Source of the DNA: Bacteroidales bacterium
GTDB lineage: Bacteria > Bacteroidota > Bacteroidia > Bacteroidales > VadinHA17
Reading direction: 5' to 3'
Length of the DNA: 64,000 bases
NCBI GenBank assembly: GCA_003141415.1
Contig: PLLX01000097.1
Span: forward strand, 10,315-74,314
In this document: positions 1-7,148 of the stretch, one piece after another
Layout of the letters: every line of letters begins with the position of its first letter
How positions within the stretch are numbered: the first letter of the stretch is position 1
Made by a program: the position numbers and the translations under genes
The notes under the pieces: generated by a model
The model's input: only the letters and a program-made list of their open reading frames with translations
What the model was told of the DNA's origin: nothing
The model's database searches: none

Positions 1-642
1 ATCTACTAACTGGTCTCTGTAATTTCCAAATAAAAAAATATAGTTTTCAATGACCATTTTTGATGGCAATCCTTTTTCATCACAGAAAATATTATATCCA
101 TTTTTTTTATTATCTGGTTTAAAAAATACAGAAGCGGGTCTATTATTATTCATTGTAACAAAATAGTTACTACCATCTTTTGCAATTACCCAATAATCCC
201 ATCCTGTTTCATGACTCACATCAATAATTGCCAGTTCTAATTCTTTTGTTTTAAAACTAACCTGATTCCCATAACCTATTCCTTTGCTGTTTATAGCATA
301 TGCTTTTACATAATAGGTAGTGTCTGGATATATATCAGGTGTGGTCTCACTAAATTTATTCGTTATAGAATCTGCTTTTAACTTAGTTCCAGTAATTTCA
401 GGGTTTTTTGTTGTCCCCCAATACATACCTCTTTCTGTGATTGTAGCCCCACCATCGGAAGAAATATTACCACCTAAAATTGCATTTGTCGAAGTTATAT
501 TCGATGCCGGAGTGGTGGTGAGTGTTGGTACTGTTGTTGTTGTTTTAACAGGTGGTGTAGGCTGATCTTTCTTACATGAGTGAATTAAAATGATTGAAAT
601 GATTAATAAGATAACACCTGAAATTTTAAATAAGTTTTTCAT
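1..642 (-). CDS. Surface lipoprotein with Ig/Fn3-like repeat; C-terminus cut by the window edge
   Basis: Not in the ORF track because it runs off the window. The reverse complement from the ATG at 640-642 reads MKNLFKISGVILLIISIILIHSCKKDQPTPPVKTTTT (signal peptide plus lipobox Cys). It continues TSTNAILGGNISSDGGATITERGMYWGTTKNPE, a repeat typical of Bacteroidota surface proteins. Confidence 0.6.
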   Translation of the reverse strand, partial: MKNLFKISGVILLIISIILIHSCKKDQPTPPVKTTTTVPTLTTTPASNITSTNAILGGNISSDGGATITERGMYWGTTKNPEITGTKLKADSITNKFSETTPDIYPDTTYYVKAYAINSKGIGYGNQVSFKTKELELAIIDVSHETGWDYWVIAKDGSNYFVTMNNNRPASVFFKPDNKKNGYNIFCDEKGLPSKMVIENYIFLFGNYRDQLVD

Positions 643-886
643 ATGGTATTTATTAATTTAACTTTCTCAAAATATATATTTTACACAAATTACGATTTGT
701 TTAAACAAAATGCAACTATTAAAAAATCCATCCACCAAAATCTTATCAGACCTGATGGATGGAATTAGCACTGTTGGTTTTCAGTGGTTCTTGATTACTT
801 AAAGTCGAGGTGAACCATCTCAGAACAACAATAAAGAAAATGCAGCATGACTCGACTAAATATCCCAGAGTTCGGTTCTGTTCGAC

Positions 887-1171
887 CTAATACCTGGGAT
901 TCTTTATTTTGCGTTGTAATACTCTGAAATTAAAGAAGTAATAAGCTTTGTCCTTAATGATATAAACGTCAATTAAGGTCAAATCAATTTTAACGGCTGA
1001 AACAAGACATATCAGGCCTCTGTAGAGTTCGCCAACATCCTGTATTACCATTACCTCGAACGGACATTGTAAGCGCTCTAATTGACCCGTTTTGTTCATG
1101 ACCAGTATGCTGTCAGTTTTACAATACTTAAAAACTTCTTCAATGTATTTCTTCTTTTCATTATCTGTCAT
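887..1171 (-). CDS. Hypothetical protein (about 94 aa) in the integrated element
   Basis: ORF-track 887..1177 starts at a TTG. The first ATG is at 1169-1171 (MTDNEKKKYIEE) and overlaps the upstream stop in TGATCATGA. No recognisable motifs. Confidence 0.4.
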   Translation of the reverse strand: MTDNEKKKYIEEVFKYCKTDSILVMNKTGQLERLQCPFEVMVIQDVGELYRGLICLVSAVKIDLTLIDVYIIKDKAYYFFNFRVLQRKIKNPRY

Positions 1172-1173
1172 GA

Positions 1174-1544
1174 TCAATACTCTGATGGTAATAATGCGAC
1201 TTTATCAATAACCCAGATCCTTATGTACCCAACAGGGAAATCTGAGAATTCTATTGACTGTGATATCAGTGGTCTCTTTCCTGTATCTTCCCGACAGGTT
1301 AATAACCATGTAAAGTCTTTCTTCAACTGCTTCAACCCCATATCTGAAAGTTGACATCCCTGAGTGATTTATGCATCTGATAGATTAAAATGGCATCGAA
1401 TAGCCAAAAGGCTTGAAGATCATCCCTGATATACTTACAACCATCAGTCAGGAGTAGAGGAGATTTACCAGGGAATAAATGTTTATGATACTCCTCTGTA
1501 CCATGAAATTGTCTAAGGTTTCTTTCTATTATATTAGTTTCCAT
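1174..1544 (-). pseudogene. DUF6876-like gene split by a 1-nt frameshift
   Basis: The N-terminal part (METNIIERNLRQFHGTEEYHKH...TDGCKYIRDDLQAFWLFDAI...FQIW) stops at 1332-1334. A second frame (1174..1341) continues GLKQLKKDFTWLLTCREDTGKRPLISQSIEFSDFPVGYIRIWVIDKVALLPSEY. The GTExYxxH, TDG, AxWLxD and terminal LLPSEY motifs match my memory of the DUF6876 family. The frame switch is at the CCCC run 1336-1339. Confidence 0.6.
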
Positions 1545-1570
1545 AATTATAGGTGTAAATGATTTGAAAT

Positions 1571-1601
1571 AAAAAAGGGTTATGCCTTTCGACATAACCC
1601 C
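1571..1601 (-). terminator. Rho-independent terminator after the 107-aa gene
   Basis: Stem GGGTTATG (1577-1584) pairs with CATAACCC (1593-1600) around an 8-nt loop. The A6 run at 1571-1576 gives a T-run on the minus strand. This implies that the first 17 codons of ORF 1332..1595 are not coding. Confidence 0.55.
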
Positions 1602-1622
1602 AACCGTGGTTTGAAATCAGCA

Positions 1623-1946
1623 TTATCCCACAACCTCGCTAATGGAGACAGGTTCTGCTGAGTAACGGTACGAATGATTCAATTTGATCTTCTTCTTAGT
1701 ACCAGGTACCAGGAATTCATACTCATCCACTTCAATCCTCTCAATTTCACCAGGCAATTGCTGGCCAATGAGAGATTTAGCTAATACTTCATCGAACGTA
1801 CAGGGAATAGATGATTTCCTTGCAGTCAAATAAGGTTTACCAGTTGCCTTTGATATAGCAACCTCAACGCTGCCCTGGAGATTCATTACATTGAATTCTT
1901 TCCCATCAGCAGCTTTTCTTTTTTCAAGTCCAACGATTGTTACCAT
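1623..1946 (-). CDS. Hypothetical protein (107 aa), first gene of the leftward module of the element
   Basis: Clean ORF with a terminator downstream. No motif I can name. Confidence 0.45.
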   Translation of the reverse strand: MVTIVGLEKRKAADGKEFNVMNLQGSVEVAISKATGKPYLTARKSSIPCTFDEVLAKSLIGQQLPGEIERIEVDEYEFLVPGTKKKIKLNHSYRYSAEPVSISEVVG

Positions 1947-2416
1947 GTTCTTAATTTAAATTTGGTTAAACACTATGGAGGGACTTTCCCCCTGACAATG
2001 CATAGGGGCTGCTGATATGGGGTGGTTTCTATGCTCTCAAATATTTATTATAAAAGTGACGGGGGGTCAATTATTTGATAGTACTATAGGCGGGGGATAT
2101 TTACAGGTAGATAGTAAAACAGGTGACTGTTAATAAGCTATAGAGTTAAATATGCTCCGCATATTTGTTGTAGGAGGTGTGTATAAATTATAGACTTATA
2201 AGATGCTATCTTCCCGATTCAATATATGACAATAGGCAATATTTGAGGTCTCTTCGATTTGGTATTAATAGGGAATACCTAGAAAGGCTATAAGAACAGG
2301 AATTTTTTTTTGTTTTTAATAAAAGAACTGTAACCTTATTAAATACACTTCGTATATATAAGCATGTCGAGATAATCTTCTCGGTTTAAATATTAACAAC
2401 TTTAATAATTAATTGA

Positions 2417-2686
2417 ATGAGTAATAGTATAAATACTATATCTGATAAGGCTATAGTAACTAAAGCGTGTATAATGTGTCATAAAGAATTTCAAATAGAT
2501 GAATTTGGTAAAAGACGATGTAGATCTAACAAACCTGATGGACATTGGATATATAGTAGATATTGCGAATGTAAAGGTTGCATGTCTAAACGTAAAGCAC
2601 ATTGGAGATCCTTACATCCAAATTATATGAAAGAATGGTATATAAAACATAAAGAAAATGCAGAGAATAAACAAAGAGATATATAA
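2417..2686 (+). CDS. Cys-rich (zinc-ribbon-like) small basic protein
   Basis: 89 aa containing CIMCHKEF...RRCRSNKPDGHW...YCECKGC, i.e. CxxC plus CxCxxC spacing. Lies in the very AT-rich segment. Confidence 0.45.
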   Translation: MSNSINTISDKAIVTKACIMCHKEFQIDEFGKRRCRSNKPDGHWIYSRYCECKGCMSKRKAHWRSLHPNYMKEWYIKHKENAENKQRDI

Positions 2687-2690
2687 CATA

Positions 2691-2822
2691 ATGAATATAG
2701 AAGATATAATACTTAACCATATTATATTAGTGATTATTATATTTTTATTAATAGGAATATATTTGTATAGATATATTAATAGAGAATCTAATAAATATGA
2801 TTATATAAACTATAGATATTGA
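2691..2822 (+). CDS. Possible 43-aa single-TM peptide
   Basis: Hand translation gives MNIEDIILNHIILVIIIFLLIGIYLYRYINRESNKYDYINYRY. It is below the ORF-track size cutoff and has a hydrophobic core. It could be a chance ORF. Confidence 0.25.
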   Translation: MNIEDIILNHIILVIIIFLLIGIYLYRYINRESNKYDYINYRY

Positions 2823-2884
2823 GTTTCATTATAGAATTCAATGTATAACTAATTAAGAACTATATAATAATATTAAGAAATAGT

Positions 2885-3151
2885 ATGAATAAAGATAAAT
2901 TACATTACGGCATAGTTAAATTCTACAATGTTGGTAGAAACTATGGGTTTATAATAGAAAGTGGTACTCCTAAAGATATATTTGTATGCATGAATAATTT
3001 AGTAGACCATATAAAAGCAGGCTCTGAAGTATCGTTTAAAATAATTGAATGTGATAAAGGACTCATGGCTACAGAAGTAAGATTAATAAATAAAACAACA
3101 TTAAATATAAATTACAATGGACAAAACAATCGAATTATTAGAGAAATTTAG
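2885..3151 (+). CDS. Cold-shock-domain (CSD/OB-fold) nucleic-acid-binding protein
   Basis: GIVKFYNVGRNYGFIIESGTPKDIFVCMNNL...GSEVSFKIIECDKGLMATEV matches the CspA-type layout (KGFGFI-like RNP1 motif, then DIFV). Confidence 0.65.
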   Translation: MNKDKLHYGIVKFYNVGRNYGFIIESGTPKDIFVCMNNLVDHIKAGSEVSFKIIECDKGLMATEVRLINKTTLNINYNGQNNRIIREI

Positions 3152-4142
3152 GATTTACCCTTTAACTGAAATAATTGAACCCCCTACATATTGTTATATA
3201 AACAATAAACCTTCCTTAACGATTGGAAATTTTTCATTAATAAACGGTAAGAAGAAAGCAGGCAAGACATTCTTATTAGGTTGTATAATGGCCAGTACAC
3301 TTAATAACAGTACACAAATTGATTCAATTCAGGGATGTTTACCTTTGGATAAGAATGTAGTATTATATTTTGATACTGAACAAAGTCAATATCATGCAAT
3401 TAGAAGTATAAAGAGGATATGTGCCCTATCAGGTAATCCCAATCCAAGTAATCTCTATGCTTTTGGACTTAGACCGTTGTCACCAGAAGAAAGACTTCAA
3501 TTCATTGGGGCTGCTATAATGAACACACCAAATGTAGGTATAGTGGCAATAGACGGAATTAGAGATTTGCTTACAAAGGGGATAAATGATGAACAAGAAG
3601 CAACTAAACTAACAAGTTTATTCCTAAAGTGGAGTTATGACTTAGAGATACATTTAGTCTTATTACTACATCAAAATAAAAATGACTTAAATGCTAGAGG
3701 ACATATAGGCAGTGAATTAGTAAATAAAGCTGAGACAATAATATCTGTTACTAAACAAGAAAAGAATAATATATTTATTGTAACATGTGAAGACTCTAGA
3801 GATATTCCATTTAATAATTTTAGTTTTACAATATCTAAAGATGGATTGCCAGAATCATGTGATTTGCCTGATATAAAAATCAGAAAAATTAAAGATCCTA
3901 ATTTTATACATAGTGAAAAGCACTTAAGTGTATTAAGCACTCTATTTAAAGGAGTACTAGAATATACATATGGTGATTTAAAGACTAGGTTAATGCAGGA
4001 ATTTAATATTGGAAGAGATGCTAGCGAGAGGTTTATATCTTACTATATAGATAAGAGCTGGATTAATAAAGAACAAAGAGGTAAAAGTTCTTATCATAGA
4101 TTAAATGTTAATGCTACATCATTTTTTTATCACCCTAACTAA
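3117..4142 (+). CDS. RecA-like/AAA_25-type ATPase (replicative-helicase-like protein of mobile elements)
   Basis: Walker A is NGKKKAGKTF. VLYFDTEQS, a Walker B-like IVAIDGIRDL, and LLLHQNKND...ARGH follow. This resembles RepA/DnaB-like ATPases of integrative elements. The start overlaps the CSD gene tail by 35 nt. Confidence 0.6.
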   Translation: MDKTIELLEKFRIYPLTEIIEPPTYCYINNKPSLTIGNFSLINGKKKAGKTFLLGCIMASTLNNSTQIDSIQGCLPLDKNVVLYFDTEQSQYHAIRSIKRICALSGNPNPSNLYAFGLRPLSPEERLQFIGAAIMNTPNVGIVAIDGIRDLLTKGINDEQEATKLTSLFLKWSYDLEIHLVLLLHQNKNDLNARGHIGSELVNKAETIISVTKQEKNNIFIVTCEDSRDIPFNNFSFTISKDGLPESCDLPDIKIRKIKDPNFIHSEKHLSVLSTLFKGVLEYTYGDLKTRLMQEFNIGRDASERFISYYIDKSWINKEQRGKSSYHRLNVNATSFFYHPN

Positions 4143-4163
4143 TACATAACCCATAACAATAAT

Positions 4164-4275
4164 GTACCCTGCCCTACGCATATATATATGCGTCAGGGTA
4201 GTAGGGTACGTTAAATGTTATATTATGGGATCATGTACTACTAAAGTGATATATAGCCCTAGGGTACATAGGGTA
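4164..4275. repeat. Palindrome plus AGGGTA iteron cluster (candidate ori or recombinase-binding region)
   Basis: A perfect 18-bp palindrome ACGCATATATATATGCGT lies at 4176-4193, nested in a larger imperfect palindrome GTACCCT...AGGGTAC (4164-4209). AGGGTA copies are at 4195, 4203, 4261 and 4270. An inverted TACCCT is at 4165, and CCCTAGGG is at 4257-4264. Confidence 0.7.
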
Positions 4276-4322
4276 TAATAATTAAGATACTTCTATTATT
4301 ATGATTGAAAAAAGACCATTGA

Positions 4323-4344
4323 TTTACATCATTAATGATGTAAA
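4323..4344. promoter_or_regulatory. Perfect 22-bp palindrome TTTACATCATTAATGATGTAAA
   Basis: Read directly from the sequence. It lies about 60 nt upstream of the H1-like ORF and is a candidate operator. Confidence 0.5.
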
Positions 4345-4402
4345 AATTGCAAGATGACTTCATATTAATCTGAAATGGACCCCAGAAGAATTGGCCTCTG
4401 AT

Positions 4403-4633
4403 ATGCTTGTTACAGCTAAACAGCTGATAGTTGATATTGAAAAATATCTGGATCAAGGAATGGAAGCACCTGCCAAACGGATAAGAAGAAACACCAAAAT
4501 ACTGGAAACTCTGAGTAAATCCTTCAGAAGAATCCACTCTATAAATTCACATCAAGTTTTGCATATCACTAGCCACTTTATTATCTGTAACCTTTGCATA
4601 TATCTGAGTCGTCTTTATATCAGTATGTCCTAA
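4403..4633 (+). CDS. Possible histone H1-like (Hc1-type) DNA-binding protein
   Basis: LIVDIEKYLDQGMEAPAKRIRRNTKILETLSKSFRRIHS resembles the Bacteroidota H1-like pattern (GNKAAGxRARKxSLELEKxLKEFRKxS). The ORF tail runs 87 nt into the convergent integrase gene, so the 3' end is doubtful. Confidence 0.35.
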   Translation: MLVTAKQLIVDIEKYLDQGMEAPAKRIRRNTKILETLSKSFRRIHSINSHQVLHITSHFIICNLCIYLSRLYISMS

Positions 4634-5671
4634 CATCTTGCTAACACTTTCTATAGGTATACCTTTACTAAGCGTAACAGTTGTAGCAAATGTATGTCTC
4701 GCAATATGGCTAGTTAAAGGCTTACTGATGTTGCATAAATCGGCTATTTCCTTCAAATAACTATTCGTTCTCTGATTACAATATACAGGTAGCTTGTACT
4801 GATACTTTGTAAGTATTTCTTTTGCTCTCGGTAATATTGGTATAGCAGACCTAACATGCGTTTTTTTCCTGTAAAGGATTATCCATTCTTTGCCGTCTAC
4901 ACCCTTATTAATGTTTTCTTCAGTAAGTTCATACAGATCTATAAATGATAAACCAGTATATATTTGAAACACGAATACATCTCTAACTTTTGTCAATCTG
5001 TCATTTGGAAGATGCTTATCAATTAATGAATCAATTTCATCATCAGTTAGGTAGCACCTAGTAGGATTTACATAATTACAACTGAAATCTCTAAATGGGT
5101 TATTGATTAACCAGTTATTCTTTATTGCAGTACGAATGACCCCGTACAAATTTTTTATGTTTTTTGCAGCTGAGTTGTGTTTCAAACCTTCTACACTTTT
5201 TATATAGGTATGGTAACCTAAGATAAAATTATAGTCAAGATCACATAATTTAATATCTCTATTCTCTCTGTATCTCTTTAAACTATTAAAAGATGATTTG
5301 TACCTTTTTACTGTAGTGGAAGTATAGTCAATTCCAACGAGTTTAAATATATTCGCAATATGATACTCATAGGCTTTAAATAAGGTTACCTGAGTTTTTT
5401 CTCTACCTTTCAACCCATTAATAATTTGGTGTACAGAGATTCTTTCATCTTTCATATCCAGGTTACTAAATAACCTTTCTACTTTATTACGAAGGGTGTT
5501 AAGTGTCGTATTTACTTCATTATTACCTGCTACTCTTTCAGATACCTTGTTCCACGTTGAAGGATTAATTTTCTTATTAGTAGATATTTCAGTACGTTCT
5601 CCATTAACAGTGACCCTTAAATAGATGGTAGATTTCTTAACATGGAAGTGTGTTTTGATCTTATTCTTCAT
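4547..5671 (-). CDS. int: Tyrosine site-specific integrase (Bacteroidetes type)
   Basis: 374 aa. An N-terminal arm-binding-like region is followed by a SAM-like core. The catalytic signatures are ARHTFATT and LGHTDIKTTQIYAKV (R...HxxR...H...Y). It lies next to the tRNA 3' end. Confidence 0.9.
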   Translation of the reverse strand: MKNKIKTHFHVKKSTIYLRVTVNGERTEISTNKKINPSTWNKVSERVAGNNEVNTTLNTLRNKVERLFSNLDMKDERISVHQIINGLKGREKTQVTLFKAYEYHIANIFKLVGIDYTSTTVKRYKSSFNSLKRYRENRDIKLCDLDYNFILGYHTYIKSVEGLKHNSAAKNIKNLYGVIRTAIKNNWLINNPFRDFSCNYVNPTRCYLTDDEIDSLIDKHLPNDRLTKVRDVFVFQIYTGLSFIDLYELTEENINKGVDGKEWIILYRKKTHVRSAIPILPRAKEILTKYQYKLPVYCNQRTNSYLKEIADLCNISKPLTSHIARHTFATTVTLSKGIPIESVSKMLGHTDIKTTQIYAKVTDNKVASDMQNLM

Positions 5672-5881
5672 AGCTGTATATGTATTAATATTAATAACTT
5701 AATCAAATATCGAGACCTCTGTAAGGAAGAAAAAAGACTCCCGAATTACTCTCGTTTTTAAGCTTAATTCAATACATATTTATAGGTAGGGCTGAAATAA
5801 CAAAACCGCCTATATTATTGATTATAAGCGGTTCCGCTACGGTATAACTATTCAGAGAATAGTTATGTGGGAAACTTTTAG

Positions 5882-5954
5882 TTGACCCACCTGGGCTCGA
5901 ACCAGGACTCTGCGGAACCAAAATCCGACGTGTTGCCAATTACACCATGGGTCA
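5882..5954 (-). tRNA. tRNA-Gln (anticodon UUG)
   Basis: Hand-folded. Acceptor TGACCCA pairs with TGGGTCA. D arm is GTGT-AATTGGCA-ACAC. Anticodon arm is TCGGA-TTTTGGT-TCCGC (one 27:43 mismatch). T arm is CCTGG-TTCGAGC-CCAGG. Discriminator is A, and no CCA is encoded. Confidence 0.8.
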
Positions 5955-6043
5955 ATGTTCTACAAAATGAGTTGCAAAATTAGAAAATTATTTGAAAAGT
6001 GATCATCTACATACGAATTTGATAAACTAGTTGCAACCAGAAA

Positions 6044-6469
6044 TCATGTGGGTTTGGATAAGATCTTCTCATATCTGGCCCTGTTCATCTCTTCCACCTC
6101 AACAACTCTAAAAGGACATTCAACGAGCGACCGGAGAATAAAACCTAATTCACATATATCTTCATCACCACGTTCATAGTACCATGTAATACTGGCATTC
6201 CTGACTATCTCTTTCATTTCTGACAGCTCTCTCAAAATGGTAAAAATCCATTTTATAGAACTTGTATTTATATATTCAAACCCAAGTTCGATTTTTGATT
6301 TCTCCTCATGATTCTGAGCATACTTTGATATCCATTCCTGAACAGGCCGATAGAATTCGTTGGGGTTTTCCGGTATCGATCTTCCCATAATAAAGATCCT
6401 CCCCTGCTCCAGTATTATCCAGGGTGTTCTCTTTGTAGGATTATTTTTAAAACTATCTGGATACATCAT
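6044..6469 (-). CDS. SiaC-family (DUF1987) regulatory phosphoprotein
   Basis: IMGRSIPENPNEFYRPVQEWISKY...EYINTSSIKWIFTILREL...ITWYYERGDEDICELG...PF matches the DUF1987 pattern as I recall it. Confidence 0.7.
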   Translation of the reverse strand: MMYPDSFKNNPTKRTPWIILEQGRIFIMGRSIPENPNEFYRPVQEWISKYAQNHEEKSKIELGFEYINTSSIKWIFTILRELSEMKEIVRNASITWYYERGDEDICELGFILRSLVECPFRVVEVEEMNRARYEKILSKPT

Positions 6470-6601
6470 TAAAATATATCAGGAGATAATTATCTGTTCT
6501 TCATACAAATATACGTTGTAATGACAAATATATTGTCAATTCCACTAATGATTTTAAACCGGAATTTGTAAAATTAGAAAAAGACGAGTATTATCCAAAT
6601 G

Positions 6602-6847
6602 TTATTGCGTTACATTCTGATTAAAAAGCGTTGGGTCATTCTCTTCCCATAATGTCGGATGCTCCTTTTCGAATCTTTTCAGAATAGCTTTCATAATTGT
6701 CTCCCTGAGGAATTCAGATTTGTTTTTCACCCGGTACCGGTTACAATAGATGCCAAGTGCCCTCATTTCACTGTTATTGAGCATAAGTGAAAGGCGATTT
6801 GTATGCCTTAACCTGTCTTCCTTATAAATTGAATGTCTCACGCTCAT
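6602..6847 (-). CDS. Small ribbon-helix-helix-like protein (hypothetical)
   Basis: A beta-strand-like RLSLMLNNSEMRAL is followed by KSEFLRETIMKAIL, a CopG/MobC-like layout. The first codon in the ORF track is TTG, and ATG is the second codon. Confidence 0.4.
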   Translation of the reverse strand: MSVRHSIYKEDRLRHTNRLSLMLNNSEMRALGIYCNRYRVKNKSEFLRETIMKAILKRFEKEHPTLWEENDPTLFNQNVTQ

Positions 6848-6920
6848 CAACTCTTAATCATACAGCTAAATTAAAAAAACTGATTTTCATGAGTCTGAAG
6901 CGAAAAAATAGTTTTTAACA

Positions 6921-6957
6921 TAAAAAAGACAGCCAGTCTCTATATGACTGGCTGTCT
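6921..6957 (-). terminator. Strong hairpin terminator about 190 nt downstream of fbaA
   Basis: A perfect 12-bp stem AGACAGCCAGTC (6927-6938) pairs with GACTGGCTGTCT (6946-6957). The A6 run at 6922-6927 (its last base is also the first stem base) gives a T-run on the minus strand. Confidence 0.7.
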
Positions 6958-7148
6958 GCTATTTAGAATATTCACAACTTTTAAATTAACCCCCTTTTTA
7001 TTTCCACCTCAGGGAGGAAAAATCCCCTGCATTTTAATGTAATTAAACTAAAATCCAGAGAATTGTCTCCTCCCTTGGGGAGATACCGCCATTGCTTCGC
7101 CGAAGCGGCTACTTGAAGGCGAAGGAGGCGGCAGAGGGGTGTTTCTTC

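Larger units (their letters stand above)
880..5881. mobile_element. Integrated element at tRNA-Gln; right end at the tRNA 3' end, left end uncertain
   Basis: The integrase lies directly 3' of the tRNA. The cargo has shifted, very low GC. There are divergent gene modules and no housekeeping genes. A degenerate tRNA-3'-like string gttcgacctaatacctggg at 880-898 (compare gttgacccacctggg at 5881-5895) is the only candidate left boundary. Confidence 0.5.

Noticed and set aside
320-565. 81-aa plus-strand ORF
   Set aside because: It lies entirely antisense to the much better supported lipoprotein gene (1-642, minus strand). Its sequence is low-complexity and Val/Gly-rich.
880-898. Possible attL: gttcgacctaatacctggg resembling the tRNA-Gln 3' end gttgacccacctggg
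   Set aside because: The match needs two indels and overlaps the stop region of ORF 887-1171. That is too weak to call an att site. I kept it only as a tentative boundary.
4259-4537. 92-aa minus-strand ORF
   Set aside because: It has no motifs and overlaps the iteron region and the more plausible plus-strand H1-like ORF. It is likely a chance ORF.
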